The notes under the pieces were generated by a model. That model did not search any database. It saw only the letters and a program-made list of their open reading frames with translations, and had not been told where the DNA came from. A DNA stretch of 64,000 nucleotides, taken from the NCBI RefSeq assembly GCF_001194135.2, contig NC_068997.1:11972850-12036849 (forward strand), in the 5' to 3' direction. Position numbers and translations under genes: made by a program. This document shows positions 1 to 11,412 of this stretch, in pieces; the first letter of the stretch is position 1, and every line of letters starts with the position of its first letter. The DNA comes from Octopus bimaculoides. Lineage: Eukaryota.

Positions 1-26
1 GTGTGTGTGTGTGTGTGTGTGTGTGT
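1..26. repeat. (GT)n microsatellite
   Basis: Direct reading. Confidence 0.95.
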
Positions 27-51
27 GAGTCAATGCTTTCTTTCTTTCCAG

Positions 52-146
52 CAGATTTTGGCAGTACTGGGAAATCGTTAATGTCGAAATGGGACTCAGG
101 AACGTTGGCAACCTCAGAAAACTATCCATTTTCCGGGACAGATTAA
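52..146 (+). CDS. Candidate terminal coding exon (DFGSTGKSLMSKWDSGTLATSENYPFSGTD*)
   Basis: Good polypyrimidine acceptor (ctttctttctttccag, NAGNAG tandem AG). Phase-1 frame open to TAA at 144-146, locally higher GC. No homology recognised. Confidence 0.3.
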
Positions 147-330
147 AAAAAAATATATTTTTAAATGAAATTTAAAATCCGAAAATACATACACCCTTAA
201 AGGATGAATGTTCGAGAGAGAAACTCGCTCACACGAAAGCAAATATTTCTAACCAACTTTTTGACAAAAATTAAATACAAATACACATAAATAAACACGA
301 AAAATTGTTTGGACTCACGGCAGACGTAAA

Positions 331-479
331 CGGATGGATGGATGGACAGATGAATGGATGGATGGATGGATGGATGGATGGACGGATAGATGTAGGTAGG
401 TACTGAGTAGCCTTAATGCGTGTGTATAAAGATAGATAGATAGATAGATAAATAGATAGATTAATAGATAGATAGATTA

Positions 480-537
<58 letters not shown>
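331..537. repeat. (GGAT)n and (GATA)n microsatellites
   Basis: Direct reading; explains the ORF 271..633 SIYL/SIHP repeats. Confidence 0.95.
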
Positions 538-539
<2 letters not shown>

Positions 540-1233
540 AAGGAGAGAGAGTAATGCAGGTGACGAATATGCTGAACTCTTCAGCGAAGTTGACCAAACC
601 CGCTGAAAATCTAAACATGTAATATATTAGCAATAATCGCAGTATGTCTCTTATTCACATCAATCTCACATCACATAAAGAAGGCAGATCTCTTTTCTAG
701 AAAGAAAGGTTAATATAACATGCTAATCGCTATAATCCCTCAGTTCGAATCTGTATTATTTTGTCATTCGTTTTCCAATTCATATATGATATTCAATATT
801 TAAATATATGACCTTGCTTTGATACGCTTGCAGAACCAGATTTATGAAGAACCACATCCCTTTGAAACACGAAAGCACTGACACATTGAGGATGTAATTA
901 TTCCTAATTATATAGTGAGCAGTTTTCTAAGCCCGATATAAACGCATTCCTTATTGAACAATTTCTCTGCAACACACATGATTCATTGGATACATCTTTG
1001 TACTGAGAAAAAAATGATTGCATAAAGCCCAAATCCCATGTAAGCTGACATTCTTTAATACTCTACAAATACACCAGTTATCAGGTGTAGAAAGGAACAA
1101 AAAAGTAATTTTTCAAATAAGCATCATTTTCAGCACAAAATGTGAACGATAAACTACCTCGAAGAATGTAGGATGGCATTGTTTAATTTCATGCATCATT
1201 CCACATGAATGGCAAAACCTAATTATACTTCAG

Positions 1234-1331
1234 CAAATCAAAGCTTTCCGAATGAGCCAATATGGAAACGTCGGCGTCCTCACCAAAAAAGGTTTAAAGC
1301 ACCAGCCAAGCAAAGTCATAATCTAAAATGA
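1234..1331 (+). CDS. Candidate terminal exon (NQSFPNEPIWKRRRPHQKRFKAPAKQSHNLK*)
   Basis: Acceptor attatacttcag, phase-1 frame open to TGA 1329-1331, AATAAA near 1405. A second frame is also open, so this is ambiguous. Confidence 0.2.
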
Positions 1332-2286
1332 AAGGAAGATTATAATGGATAATATAAATTAAATGGATCACCGTCGTCTTCTACGCGGAGCATTCTGTTG
1401 TTTCAATAAATGAATGTTTAAGTTCATAAAATTAACACAGATATATTTTCTCTTAAAGCAGAATCATTATGAAAGTCTTTGTGAAACATGGGCCGCAATA
1501 TTACGACCAATGCTTGACATCGATTAGGTTTTTGCCCAGTGTCTTTCAATAAAATTTCACTCACATGGATTGTGTTAACATGAAGTTATCGTAAGTGACA
1601 CTCCCTTAGGATATCGCGCTAAAGAAATAGACGTGGAACCTCGTAAATGCAATGCACGCACACATACATACTTCCATTTGGTAGACCATATTACCTTTAT
1701 AATATGTATGCATGCACATATATACATGTGTTAATGTGTGTACTGTGACCACCTTTGCGTGTGTTTCTTTTCAGTATTAGATGTTTACCTGGTTGTCTCA
1801 AGGAAAACAAGAGCACTTATATATTTTAATAAGTTCATGTAAAAACTGCCCCACACAACATTTGCAGCTGATCATGCTTTCTTGCCTATTTTTGTATAAC
1901 GAAGATTCTTTTCAACATCAAACTAGATATTACACTAGGAGGTAACATACATAGGAAAAGCTTACTTCTTTTGTCTTGAACTAGGATTTTCTAATAGCAA
2001 ATATATCGATTGCAAGAGCACTTATCATTGTTCATCCTAAGAAATCTCTAGTGGCGTTGCTCTACATTTTTATCGGTTGCAAGAACAGCGATTATACTGC
2101 CTTTAACCTTTCTTAGATATGCAGTCGTTTTAAACATAACAGCTGCTTTTATTTTGATTGAATTTATATGATATGGAACATGTAAACAGTATCTCTTTGT
2201 TTAAGCAGCATTCAACATTATACTAATGGTCACAATTTTCATACGACAAAAACAAATATGTACATGGGTGTGCCTGTGTGTGTGTT

Positions 2287-2329
<43 letters not shown>

Positions 2330-4449
2330 NNNNNNNNNNNNNNNNNNNNNNNNNNNNNNNNNNNNNNNNNNNNNNNNNNNNNNNNNNNNNNNNNNNNNNN
2401 NNNNNNNNNNNNNNNNNNNNNNNNNNNNNNNNNNNNNNNNNNNNNNNNNNNNNNNNNNNNNNNNNNNNNNNNNNNNNNNNNNNNNNNNNNNNNNNNNNNN
2501 NNNNNNNNNNNNNNNNNNNNNNNNNNNNNNNNNNNNNNNNNNNNNNNNNNNNNNNNNNNNNNNNNNNNNNNNNNNNNNNNNNNNNNNNNNNNNNNNNNNN
2601 NNNNNNNNNNNNNNNNNNNNNNNNNNNNNNNNNNNNNNNNNNNNNNNNNNNNNNNNNNNNNNNNNNNNNNNNNNNNNNNNNNNNNNNNNNNNNNNNNNNN
2701 NNNNNNNNNNNNNNNNNNNNNNNNNNNNNNNNNNNNNNNNNNNNNNNNNNNNNNNNNNNNNNNNNNNNNNNNNNNNNNNNNNNNNNNNNNNNNNNNNNNN
2801 NNNNNNNNNNNNNNNNNNNNNNNNNNNNNNNNNNNNNNNNNNNNNNNNNNNNNNNNNNNNNNNNNNNNNNNNNNNNNNNNNNNNNNNNNNNNNNNNNNNN
2901 NNNNNNNNNNNNNNNNNNNNNNNNNNNNNNNNNNNNNNNNNNNNNNNNNNNNNNNNNNNNNNNNNNNNNNNNNNNNNNNNNNNNNNNNNNATATATATAT
3001 ATATATATATACAAACTCAGACCTGTTGTTTGCGTCGTATATTTCTACTTGCAAAAAGCAAAGGGGGAGAAGAATCACATACAAGAATATAATGTGTGCA
3101 TATGCGAGCGTATACACACACATATATAATACATAGATACAGATGCACGAAAACCTTCTCGCTCCTAACTTATTTTCATTCTTTTCCGTATGCGAGCATG
3201 TGTTCTGCCGAATTTCTCTGACACGTCTATGCAACCGTATATCATGTATAATTACGCACGCCTACCTCTCTGTGTCGGTGTCCATAGATATAGAAACATA
3301 TATTCAATTCGTTTTACAAACACAAACCACGACAATCACACACAAAGATAACATAAATTCACATAAAAGTATAAAATGTAGAAGTGGAAAATGTATATCT
3401 TGGACAGGTGATGAAGTAAAAAAAAAAAAAAAGTAAAGTAAATATCAAGAAACCTCATTATAGTTAGAGAAAGGAGACTGAGAGATATTGGCGTAAAGCG
3501 TGACTACCCGCCGTTATGAATGCTAAGTTAAATATAGTATGATATCAACCAATATGTTCCTTTCCAATATTCTATGGCTATCTATGCTTATATATATATA
3601 TATATATATATATTCAAATAGGCTCAAATATGCTGGTGTACAAGCACGCAACCATACATTTATATGTGTATCCACATATATAAATGCACACATTTGCCTA
3701 CACGTGTACGCAAATATACAATATAGATCTGAAGATGCAGAATATTGTAGATACACACACACATACACTCACACACACAAACAATGTAGATATACTTTTA
3801 TATATACGTACACATTTCTTTATGTGTGTGTATGTGTGAGTGCATATTTGTATGTATGTATGTATGTATAATGTATGTATTATGTAGGGTTATATGTACG
3901 TTATTACTGTGCAACCAAGATTATGCTTTCATTTTGTTATTCCAAAATTAGGTATTTATTTTGAAATAAACCTTCACATAACTTATAATATACTGCATTG
4001 AAGGCTAATTTCAGCCTATTGATATATATGGTGAGGTTTTGCTGTTATGTTTTTATTTCTGTTATCAAAGAGGAGATAAATTTCAAGCAAATATGAGTAA
4101 ATTTTTATGTGACTTATCGATCGTTATATACATGGAAACACTGCTCAAACAACCATTTGACCATGAACCATCAACAAGCTTAAAGCTATACATCGTTTAC
4201 AAAAAGTTCGTAGTTGAGACTAGATTCATGTACATGACGAATATTGTAGATGACCTGCTATTAACAGCAGCAGTTCGCGAGCTACTTATCAAACAGGCTG
4301 ACGGAAGACATTTCGGGTTAGACTGCACACCTTGATATTGATTATTTAACAGCTCAAATGGGTATTTCAGGATATAGAATAAACGTTGCCTCAGTGGATG
4401 GTGCGTGGGAAATACACTAGAATAGCTACACTAACACACGGTTCTCGCA

Positions 4450-4740
4450 TTTGACTGCAACCATCTTCGTTCGAAGAGCTGCGATCCGGAAGATGGTCCG
4501 GAACGGCCAAAAAAAAAAAAGAAAGAAAGCAGAAAGATTGGCTAGAAGTAAAGAAAAACACTTCCTCTTTCTTGATTGCATTGTGACAAGTAAAATAAGT
4601 AGGGTTCTATGCAGCCTTTATATGCGGTGGCGGAGCCATGATGTACCAGCAACATTCTTTCCCAAACCAATGGCGAAAGAAAGTGCATTTGGGAAGCTGC
4701 TGCGACTAACACAAACACCGCACTATCAGAAATGGTAGGA
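4450..4740 (+). promoter_or_regulatory. Promoter-like island, possibly bidirectional
   Basis: Locally CpG/GC-rich. ETS-type CCGGAAG 4486-4492 and CACTTCC 4559-4565; YY1-like CCATCTT 4461 and AAGATGG 4490; ATTGG 4537 and CCAAT 4667; TCT-like CTCTTTCT 4565-4572. Confidence 0.45.
4670..4734 (+). CDS. Candidate first coding exon (MAKESAFGKLLRLTQTPHYQK, phase-2 end)
   Basis: ATGGCG start inside the promoter-like island, open frame to the donor-like AAATG|GTAGGA. Confidence 0.3.
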
Positions 4741-4886
4741 TATATTACCCAAAATTTAAATACACATTCCTTTGATTGTATTCTTCTGAAAATAGACTTT
4801 TCCGCTCGGAATATGAAGGAGTTTTGTTAACTTTCTTCATCGTTAGAAGCCTTCCTTAATTATCGTTGTATTAATTCTCCTACTGA

Positions 4887-4957
4887 TGTGTGCGTGTGGG
4901 TGTGTGTGCGTGCGTGTGGGTGTGGGTGTGTGTGTGTGTGTATGTGCGTGTGTATGC

Positions 4958-5018
<61 letters not shown>
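4887..5018. repeat. (GT)n microsatellite
   Basis: Direct reading. Confidence 0.95.
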
Positions 5019-5021
<3 letters not shown>

Positions 5022-5590
5022 ATAAAACTAAAAACCGATTCTTCCTTAAAAAGATTTTACCGGAGCTTCGCTCAGTTGTCCAATTTTTGTTGCTTTCCGT
5101 ATTATTTTGTTTTCGATTTCGTTCTATTCACCCGTTTCTCTTCTTTCCCCATTATTGGATAAAATTGATCAATCATCGTTACTTCGTTCGCGGAGAAATC
5201 ATATTATTCTCAAATATATTGCCAATATTTTCATTAAGTATGCACTGTGTTTGTTCCCAACAGACTAAACAAAACCTAAACTCCGTCACTTTACTACTTG
5301 TGGTATAATCTTCACTTTGGATGTCTGGGTTTTGTGTTGCACTTTATCTCCTATTGGTAATATTTTAAAGAAATGTCAGATATTTAAGTTTTCTTAGCCT
5401 TACTATGCAATCACTTGATTGATTAGATTAACAGTTCTTAATCGTTTGCATGATAAAGATCGTCCTGTCGTATATCTATTTGTAATAAATTGCAAAGAGA
5501 TTATTTTTCATTATGTACCATAACCATCAAAGTACGAGCTTGGCAGACACAGACGTATACATGTACACACACGTACACAAACATATACAT

Positions 5591-6081
<491 letters not shown>

Positions 6082-6226
6082 TCGTATTTTCCGACATAGA
6101 AGTGGACAAAGACTATAGTTGATAAATAATATAAACATGTAGTGTTCACAACATTTCCAAATCTTGTTGCATTTCAGACGGAACTTTTGGCTATCCAAAG
6201 TAGTTTTAGTGTGTAAGCCGACCTAC

Positions 6227-6249
6227 CTTTTGGGGCTGCAAATTTTTGT
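6227..6249 (-). CDS. Candidate 23-nt microexon
   Basis: Minus strand reads gcatttttcag|ACAAAAATTTGCAGCCCCAAAAG|gtaggt, with canonical splice sites and all three frames open. Confidence 0.2.
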
Positions 6250-6857
6250 CTGAAAAATGCATGTGTGTCTGTATATATGTGTGTCTGTATTTGATTAATC
6301 ATTTGTGAATATAGTTACAGCATTCATTCTTCCCTAACCACTTCTGAATTCGAGCAATTAAATATTCAAACCAATTTGGAAAGTCTACAATAGTTAGATA
6401 TTTAGCATTAGTTGTAAGATATAAAACATTAATAATACAACTAGCTATGACAGACACAACAGAGAAAAAAACCAACACATGTAAAACAGAGGCAGCGGGA
6501 AAACGCAGATGTCTGCACGAGGCTGAAATAACAAGAAATATAATAAAAGTAAAATCTAAGCTGAAAATGGGATTAAAGCATAGCAACACAATTAGCAGGT
6601 TTTAATAATCATACCCTGTGGTATATGTAAATAATTCACCCGCCAATTTGATTAGTTTTAGTGAATGTGATTGATTGTTTGTCAACATTTGTACGGTCGC
6701 AGACGTCAAAATGATAAGGAAATATAAAAGTGATTAAGTATTTTGTGAAATGAGGAAGGGTGCGAATGCAATAAATAGACATTTTATAACGATGATTACA
6801 AATTTATGGAAAATAGACACTGACACACGAACACATATATAAGCAAATATATATATT

Positions 6858-7191
6858 GCGGCACACCGTCGGTTGCGACGATGAATGCTCCTGTTGATCC
6901 GATCAGCGGAACAGCTTGGTCGTGAAATTAACGTGCAAGTGTTGAGCAATCCACAGACATGTGTACCCTTAACGTAGTTCTCGGGGTGATTCAGCGTGAC
7001 ACAGAGTGTGACAAGGCAAGCCCTTTGAAATACAGGTACAAGAGAAAAAAGAAGAAAGTGTGAGAGAAAGGTGTAGTAAGAGTACACGTGTTAATGGAGT
7101 GTTCAGCCACTTGCACGTTAATTTCACGAGCAAGCTGTTCCGTTTATCGTTTCAGCTGGGATCCTCGTCGCCGTAACATACGCGGTGCTCC
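6858..7191. mobile_element. MITE with ~100-bp terminal inverted repeats
   Basis: cggaacagcttggtcgtgaaattaacgtgcaagtg (from 6907) is the reverse complement, with one mismatch, of cacttgcacgttaatttcacgagcaagctgttccg (ending 7142). Similarity extends to both ends, and both flanks are TA-rich. Confidence 0.85.
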
Positions 7192-7305
7192 TTTTAATAT
7201 ATATATATATATTTATATGGATATTTCTACGTATATTATATATATATGTGTGTGTGTGNNNNNNNNNNNNNNNNNNNNNNNNNNNNNNNNNNNNNNNNNN
7301 NNNTA

Positions 7306-7341
<36 letters not shown>

Positions 7342-7351
7342 TATATGTATG

Positions 7352-7399
<48 letters not shown>

Positions 7400-8181
7400 G
7401 GTGTGTGTGTGTGTGTGTGTGTATGTGTGTACATATATGTGTGTACACATGTATATGAATGTGTACATGTGTGTTAAATGTATTGGCACAATTTCCATTT
7501 TCTCTGTGAAATAAATACGTTTCCATTCCACCAATAACAGTCTCTTAATATGGAGGTGAGCCAAAGATTTGTGGAAGAGAGGTAACGTCGATCATGTCGT
7601 AAACAACGCATTTCAGGTCTTATTTTATAGATAAATTAAGGCATATAAAATAAAACACCATCATTGTGAATTGATTATTGAATTGTGAGACAATTTATTT
7701 TAAAGAATTTCGTTCAAATGTAGAGTAAATTCAGTGACCTCAGGGAAGAGACAATTTCTAGTTTTTCGCAGTTGATCATTAGATTTTACCGTTCCCTTAC
7801 GGCAAACTAATTCAATCTATATACTTTTGAAATAGCCATCTCCGGCAATGATGATGTCGGGACTGTTTTAGTATCATAGTATCCTACACTTTACTATAAT
7901 TCATTTAGTTAGGCTTTTTGGTTTTGCTTTTTTCCAGACACCGAATTGTTAGACGCAATACATCTTGTGAAAATATTGTTGAAAATGTTATGGAAAATGA
8001 ATGAACAAGCTACGTTCTTAATTCAAAATATCATTGGTTTCAATATTAATTATTGTCATTTTGAAGGTTTTATATATTCCTATTCTATAAGGAACTTGCA
8101 TTGTTTCGTTTTTGTTCTTTAATTTGAAGGAAATATAAGATTTCTTAAGACACTATCGTATGGTATGATACAAAGTTTTAT

Positions 8182-8450
8182 CTTTTACTTGCTTCACTCA
8201 TTAGACTGCAGCCATGCTGGAACACCGTCTTGAATAGGTTTTTGTCGAAAGAATTGATCCCAGTACACTTTTAAAGATTCATGCTCATTCTTTCGGCCTT
8301 TACAGTCAACACTGTATTACAGGGACGTAAACAAAACAACGCCAGATTACAGGGACGTAAACAAAACAAAACAACACCGGATTACAGGGACATAAACAAA
8401 ACAACACCGGGTTACAGGGACGTAAACAAAACAACACCGGTTGTCAAACG
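8182..8450 (-). mobile_element. SINE family B (CORE-type) 3' part with internal minisatellite
   Basis: Matches the 3' region of the copies at 29207-29470 and 61433-61597 (gactgcagccatgctgg, ttacagggacgtaaac, ccggttgtcaa). Confidence 0.7.
8316..8440. repeat. 30-bp minisatellite, 4 units
   Basis: attacagggacgtaaacaaaacaacaccgg-like units start at 8316, 8346 (35 nt), 8381 and 8411. Confidence 0.95.
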
Positions 8451-8464
8451 GTATATATTATCCA

Positions 8465-8535
8465 GGCCGGATAACTGAAGAGATGTTGGCGTGGGTTCCC
8501 ACCCCAGCATCCGAAACTCGGAGTTTTATCATGGC
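8465..8535 (+). ncRNA. Type I hammerhead ribozyme-like motif
   Basis: Stem I GATAA(8470-74)/TTATC(8526-30) plus GGCC/GGCT. Core CTGAAGA 8475-81. Stem II GATGTTGG/CCAGCATC plus GTGGG/CCCAC. GAAA 8513-16. Stem III ACT-CGG-AGT. Cleavage triplet GTT 8523-25. One extra C before GAAA. Confidence 0.65.
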
Positions 8536-9599
8536 TACCGAATAAGTGTCATATTTTTACAGATAAATTCCTCTATTTACATAATATCGAGGTCTCTTTC
8601 TTTCTTTCTTTTGTTGTCCTTTCTATCAATAAATTTACAATTATATATAAATTTTTATTATATTATATTATATATAAATTTTAATTATATTTGGCACAAA
8701 TTGTTTAATCTTGTATACTTTTCGTTATGGTGTACGGTGTTTACCGTTACGACGATCACAGTAGCTATGTGCGTATCAACATTGAATAGACACAATAAAA
8801 TAAATCATTGACAAAAGGAAAAGAAACGACACACCTTCAAATATGGGATTTTGAATGGCGTTTAGCGGATTCTCCAAATTAGGATCTTGAGTTAGATTAT
8901 AGCCAAGGGAAAATATCGCTGAATCACTTACGTTGATTTGATAGGTAATCCTAAGGTACCTGGGTTTACTCATAACTTATGTTTGCTTTACAGCTTATTG
9001 TTGTTGTTGTTGTTTAGCAACATTTACGTTCTGAGTGTATTTGTGATGGAAAACATTCTGGGAAGTGACAGACTCTATGAATGTGTTACTGTTTTATAAA
9101 AAATTGTTTTCTTTATCTTAAGACGTTAATACGTTACTTGAAGTTGAGTTGTATATTAAACACCGTTGGTTGACTCACGTTGTCAAGGAATTAATTATGT
9201 CTCTGTATTTTATATAATGGCGTAAATATTATTCATATTATTCCAGGGAAGATGACGGAAAAAATAGCAATGTGAATATCATAAACTGAGCGATCGACAT
9301 GCTCAGAATAGCAGCCAATGTTTCTTAAAACTGAAAAATTACTCCTTAACGGCTTATCTTAAATTTATATTAAACTTGATGTGATTGTACAAATACCTAA
9401 AAATAGGGGATGAATAATGCACTTAAAAATATCTGCGACCTTAGGTTTGCCAGATATTAGTTCACCTGTAATTAAACAATGAAAACAGTAACAATTCAAG
9501 TAAGTTTTTATAACTGAATATGTTCTAATAAATTTGCAAATATTCCTGGCCCTGCATAAAACTTTGAAACTTCTGCATTCAGCTATGAAATCTTGATCG

Positions 9600-10700
9600 C
9601 AATTGTAATTTTATCAGTCAAATTCTTTTTTCAAACGGATGAAAATTTCCTTTACCATGTTTTTTTCTTTAAATTTAAAGTCGTTTGATTGAAGGAAATT
9701 TGAAAAAAAAAATATTTGGCAATATTTCATTATACTCAATCTTGCCTTCAAATATTGAGTCTGTTGGTACCCACGGAAACAGGATCAATATTGTTTTTAT
9801 TCATCATGTTTAGAATCTGGATTGTTGTTTAAGCATTTCATTTTCTTTTTCTTCAACTTTCCAGACTGCTTTCAATATATTAAGCTTGAGGAAATAATAC
9901 CACTGACAATTCAAAATAATTAAACCTGCTCTTCGATATATTGATTAACTTGTGTGCTGTTAATCAATGAACTCTGCAAGAGAGGCTTTTAAGCGTTGGT
10001 TATTGTGTTATTAATGTTATGGATGATATTTCATTGAAGCCTTCACTTTCATTTGATATCAATGGATTTCATTATTACATTACATGCATATTTTGTTGGA
10101 GTTTCTTTTGTTTGGTTTTGTTTGTTTGTGCTACTGTTGTTGATTTATGCTATTTTTGTCGGTGCTGAATCGTATCTTTGCTTGTAATAATAGTCGTGAA
10201 AACATTCTGATATCGCTTTTGAATCGGTTGATGTTGTTAAACAGTGGTGTAACATCTATAAAGTATTGCTTTTATTTCCAACGTCATATTTTTCATTCAC
10301 TAATGCTATTCAGGTTGTCTTTTTAACACTTTAGGACGTTAAGTAGTTTGTAGCTATTTGTATTGATTTCAGCTGTTACTATTCTACTATCTTCATAATG
10401 TTGTAATGACAACTAAAATCAATGTTATTGATGCTGAATGTGTCGATTGTGCTTGACTCATGATGGTGTAAGAACATTGCAGACACGTAGCAAATAAAGG
10501 AACATGTGTATTCCTAACCTCAGAATATGGAATAGAATGTTCAGTCTTAGATATTAAGCATCGATCTGTTTGATTCGATAAGACTAACGATTTGTAGATT
10601 GTAATCAACAATGAGTTTAATTTAGGATCTTCGCTAATAATTTGTAAGATACATGAATACAATTATTTCCAACGAATATCTGCATTCATAAAATTTCATT
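9600..10700 (-). pseudogene. Highly decayed Penelope-like reverse transcriptase
   Basis: Minus-strand IDVTPLFNNIN (~10227-10259) resembles the PLE RT motif FDVTSLFTNIP. FRGYQQTQYLK (~9746-9780) resembles VYRKPTHTDQYL. The two are collinear, with many stops and frameshifts. Confidence 0.35.
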
Positions 10701-11243
10701 GATGCTTTCGTTTTTGTTTTTCATTGATTGCATTTATCGAACTGACCTTTACGTGACAATGAATATCTCTCTCTTGGCATTGTCTTTTTGTCTTAGAATT
10801 AATTATACAACATCCTGCACTTCGTTCTTATATATTTTAGGGCCAGAATAATAGGCTATTACAATACACGCATGTTTAGACTTAATAAAAGGAAACGTAC
10901 AGCCTTTGTGTTTCTCAGTTTTACAGATTATTATTCTGCTTAAATTGTATAAATATTCTTTTTCATAATGAGGTGAATGCTGTCGTTCGAAAGATTAATG
11001 GTTAAAGTGACGAAAACATCACTACGCATTCAAATCTTGGTTGCTATCCACTTCACATTTGATGCAAACGATTTAGAGAAAAACATAACTATAAAGAAAA
11101 TACTCAGATGAAAGTTACGGTAAGTAATATGGTCCACCGCACGAATTACCACTTGCGCCTACTTAAGAAATTCTTGAAAGAAGCGTTTATTTTATTTGCA
11201 AGTCGCAATTCCAACGAAATAAATATTATTAAATACGTCTACA

Positions 11244-11412
11244 AAGCGGCGAGCTGGTAGAATCGTTAGCACGCCCAGCGAAATGATAAGCGGTGTTTCG
11301 TCTGCTGCGACGTTCTGAGTTCAAATTCCGCCGACGTCGACTTTACCTTTCATCCTTTCGAAATCGATTAAATTAGTACCAGTTACGTACTGGGATCAAT
11401 GCAGTCGACTTA
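11244..11412 (+). mobile_element. tRNA-derived SINE family A
   Basis: A-box-like GGCGAGCTGGTAGAA, B-box GAGTTCAAATTCC, central ctttcatcctttcg segment shared with other copies in the window. Confidence 0.9.

Noticed and set aside
7938-8004. Acceptor-led frame HRIVRRNTSCENIVENVMENE*
   Set aside because: Joining it to the 4734 donor creates TGA, and no other supported upstream exon was found.
10393-10662. 89-aa minus ORF ending in a hydrophobic GPI-like tail
   Set aside because: Stop immediately upstream, weak acceptor, and it lies within the probable Penelope-like RT relic.
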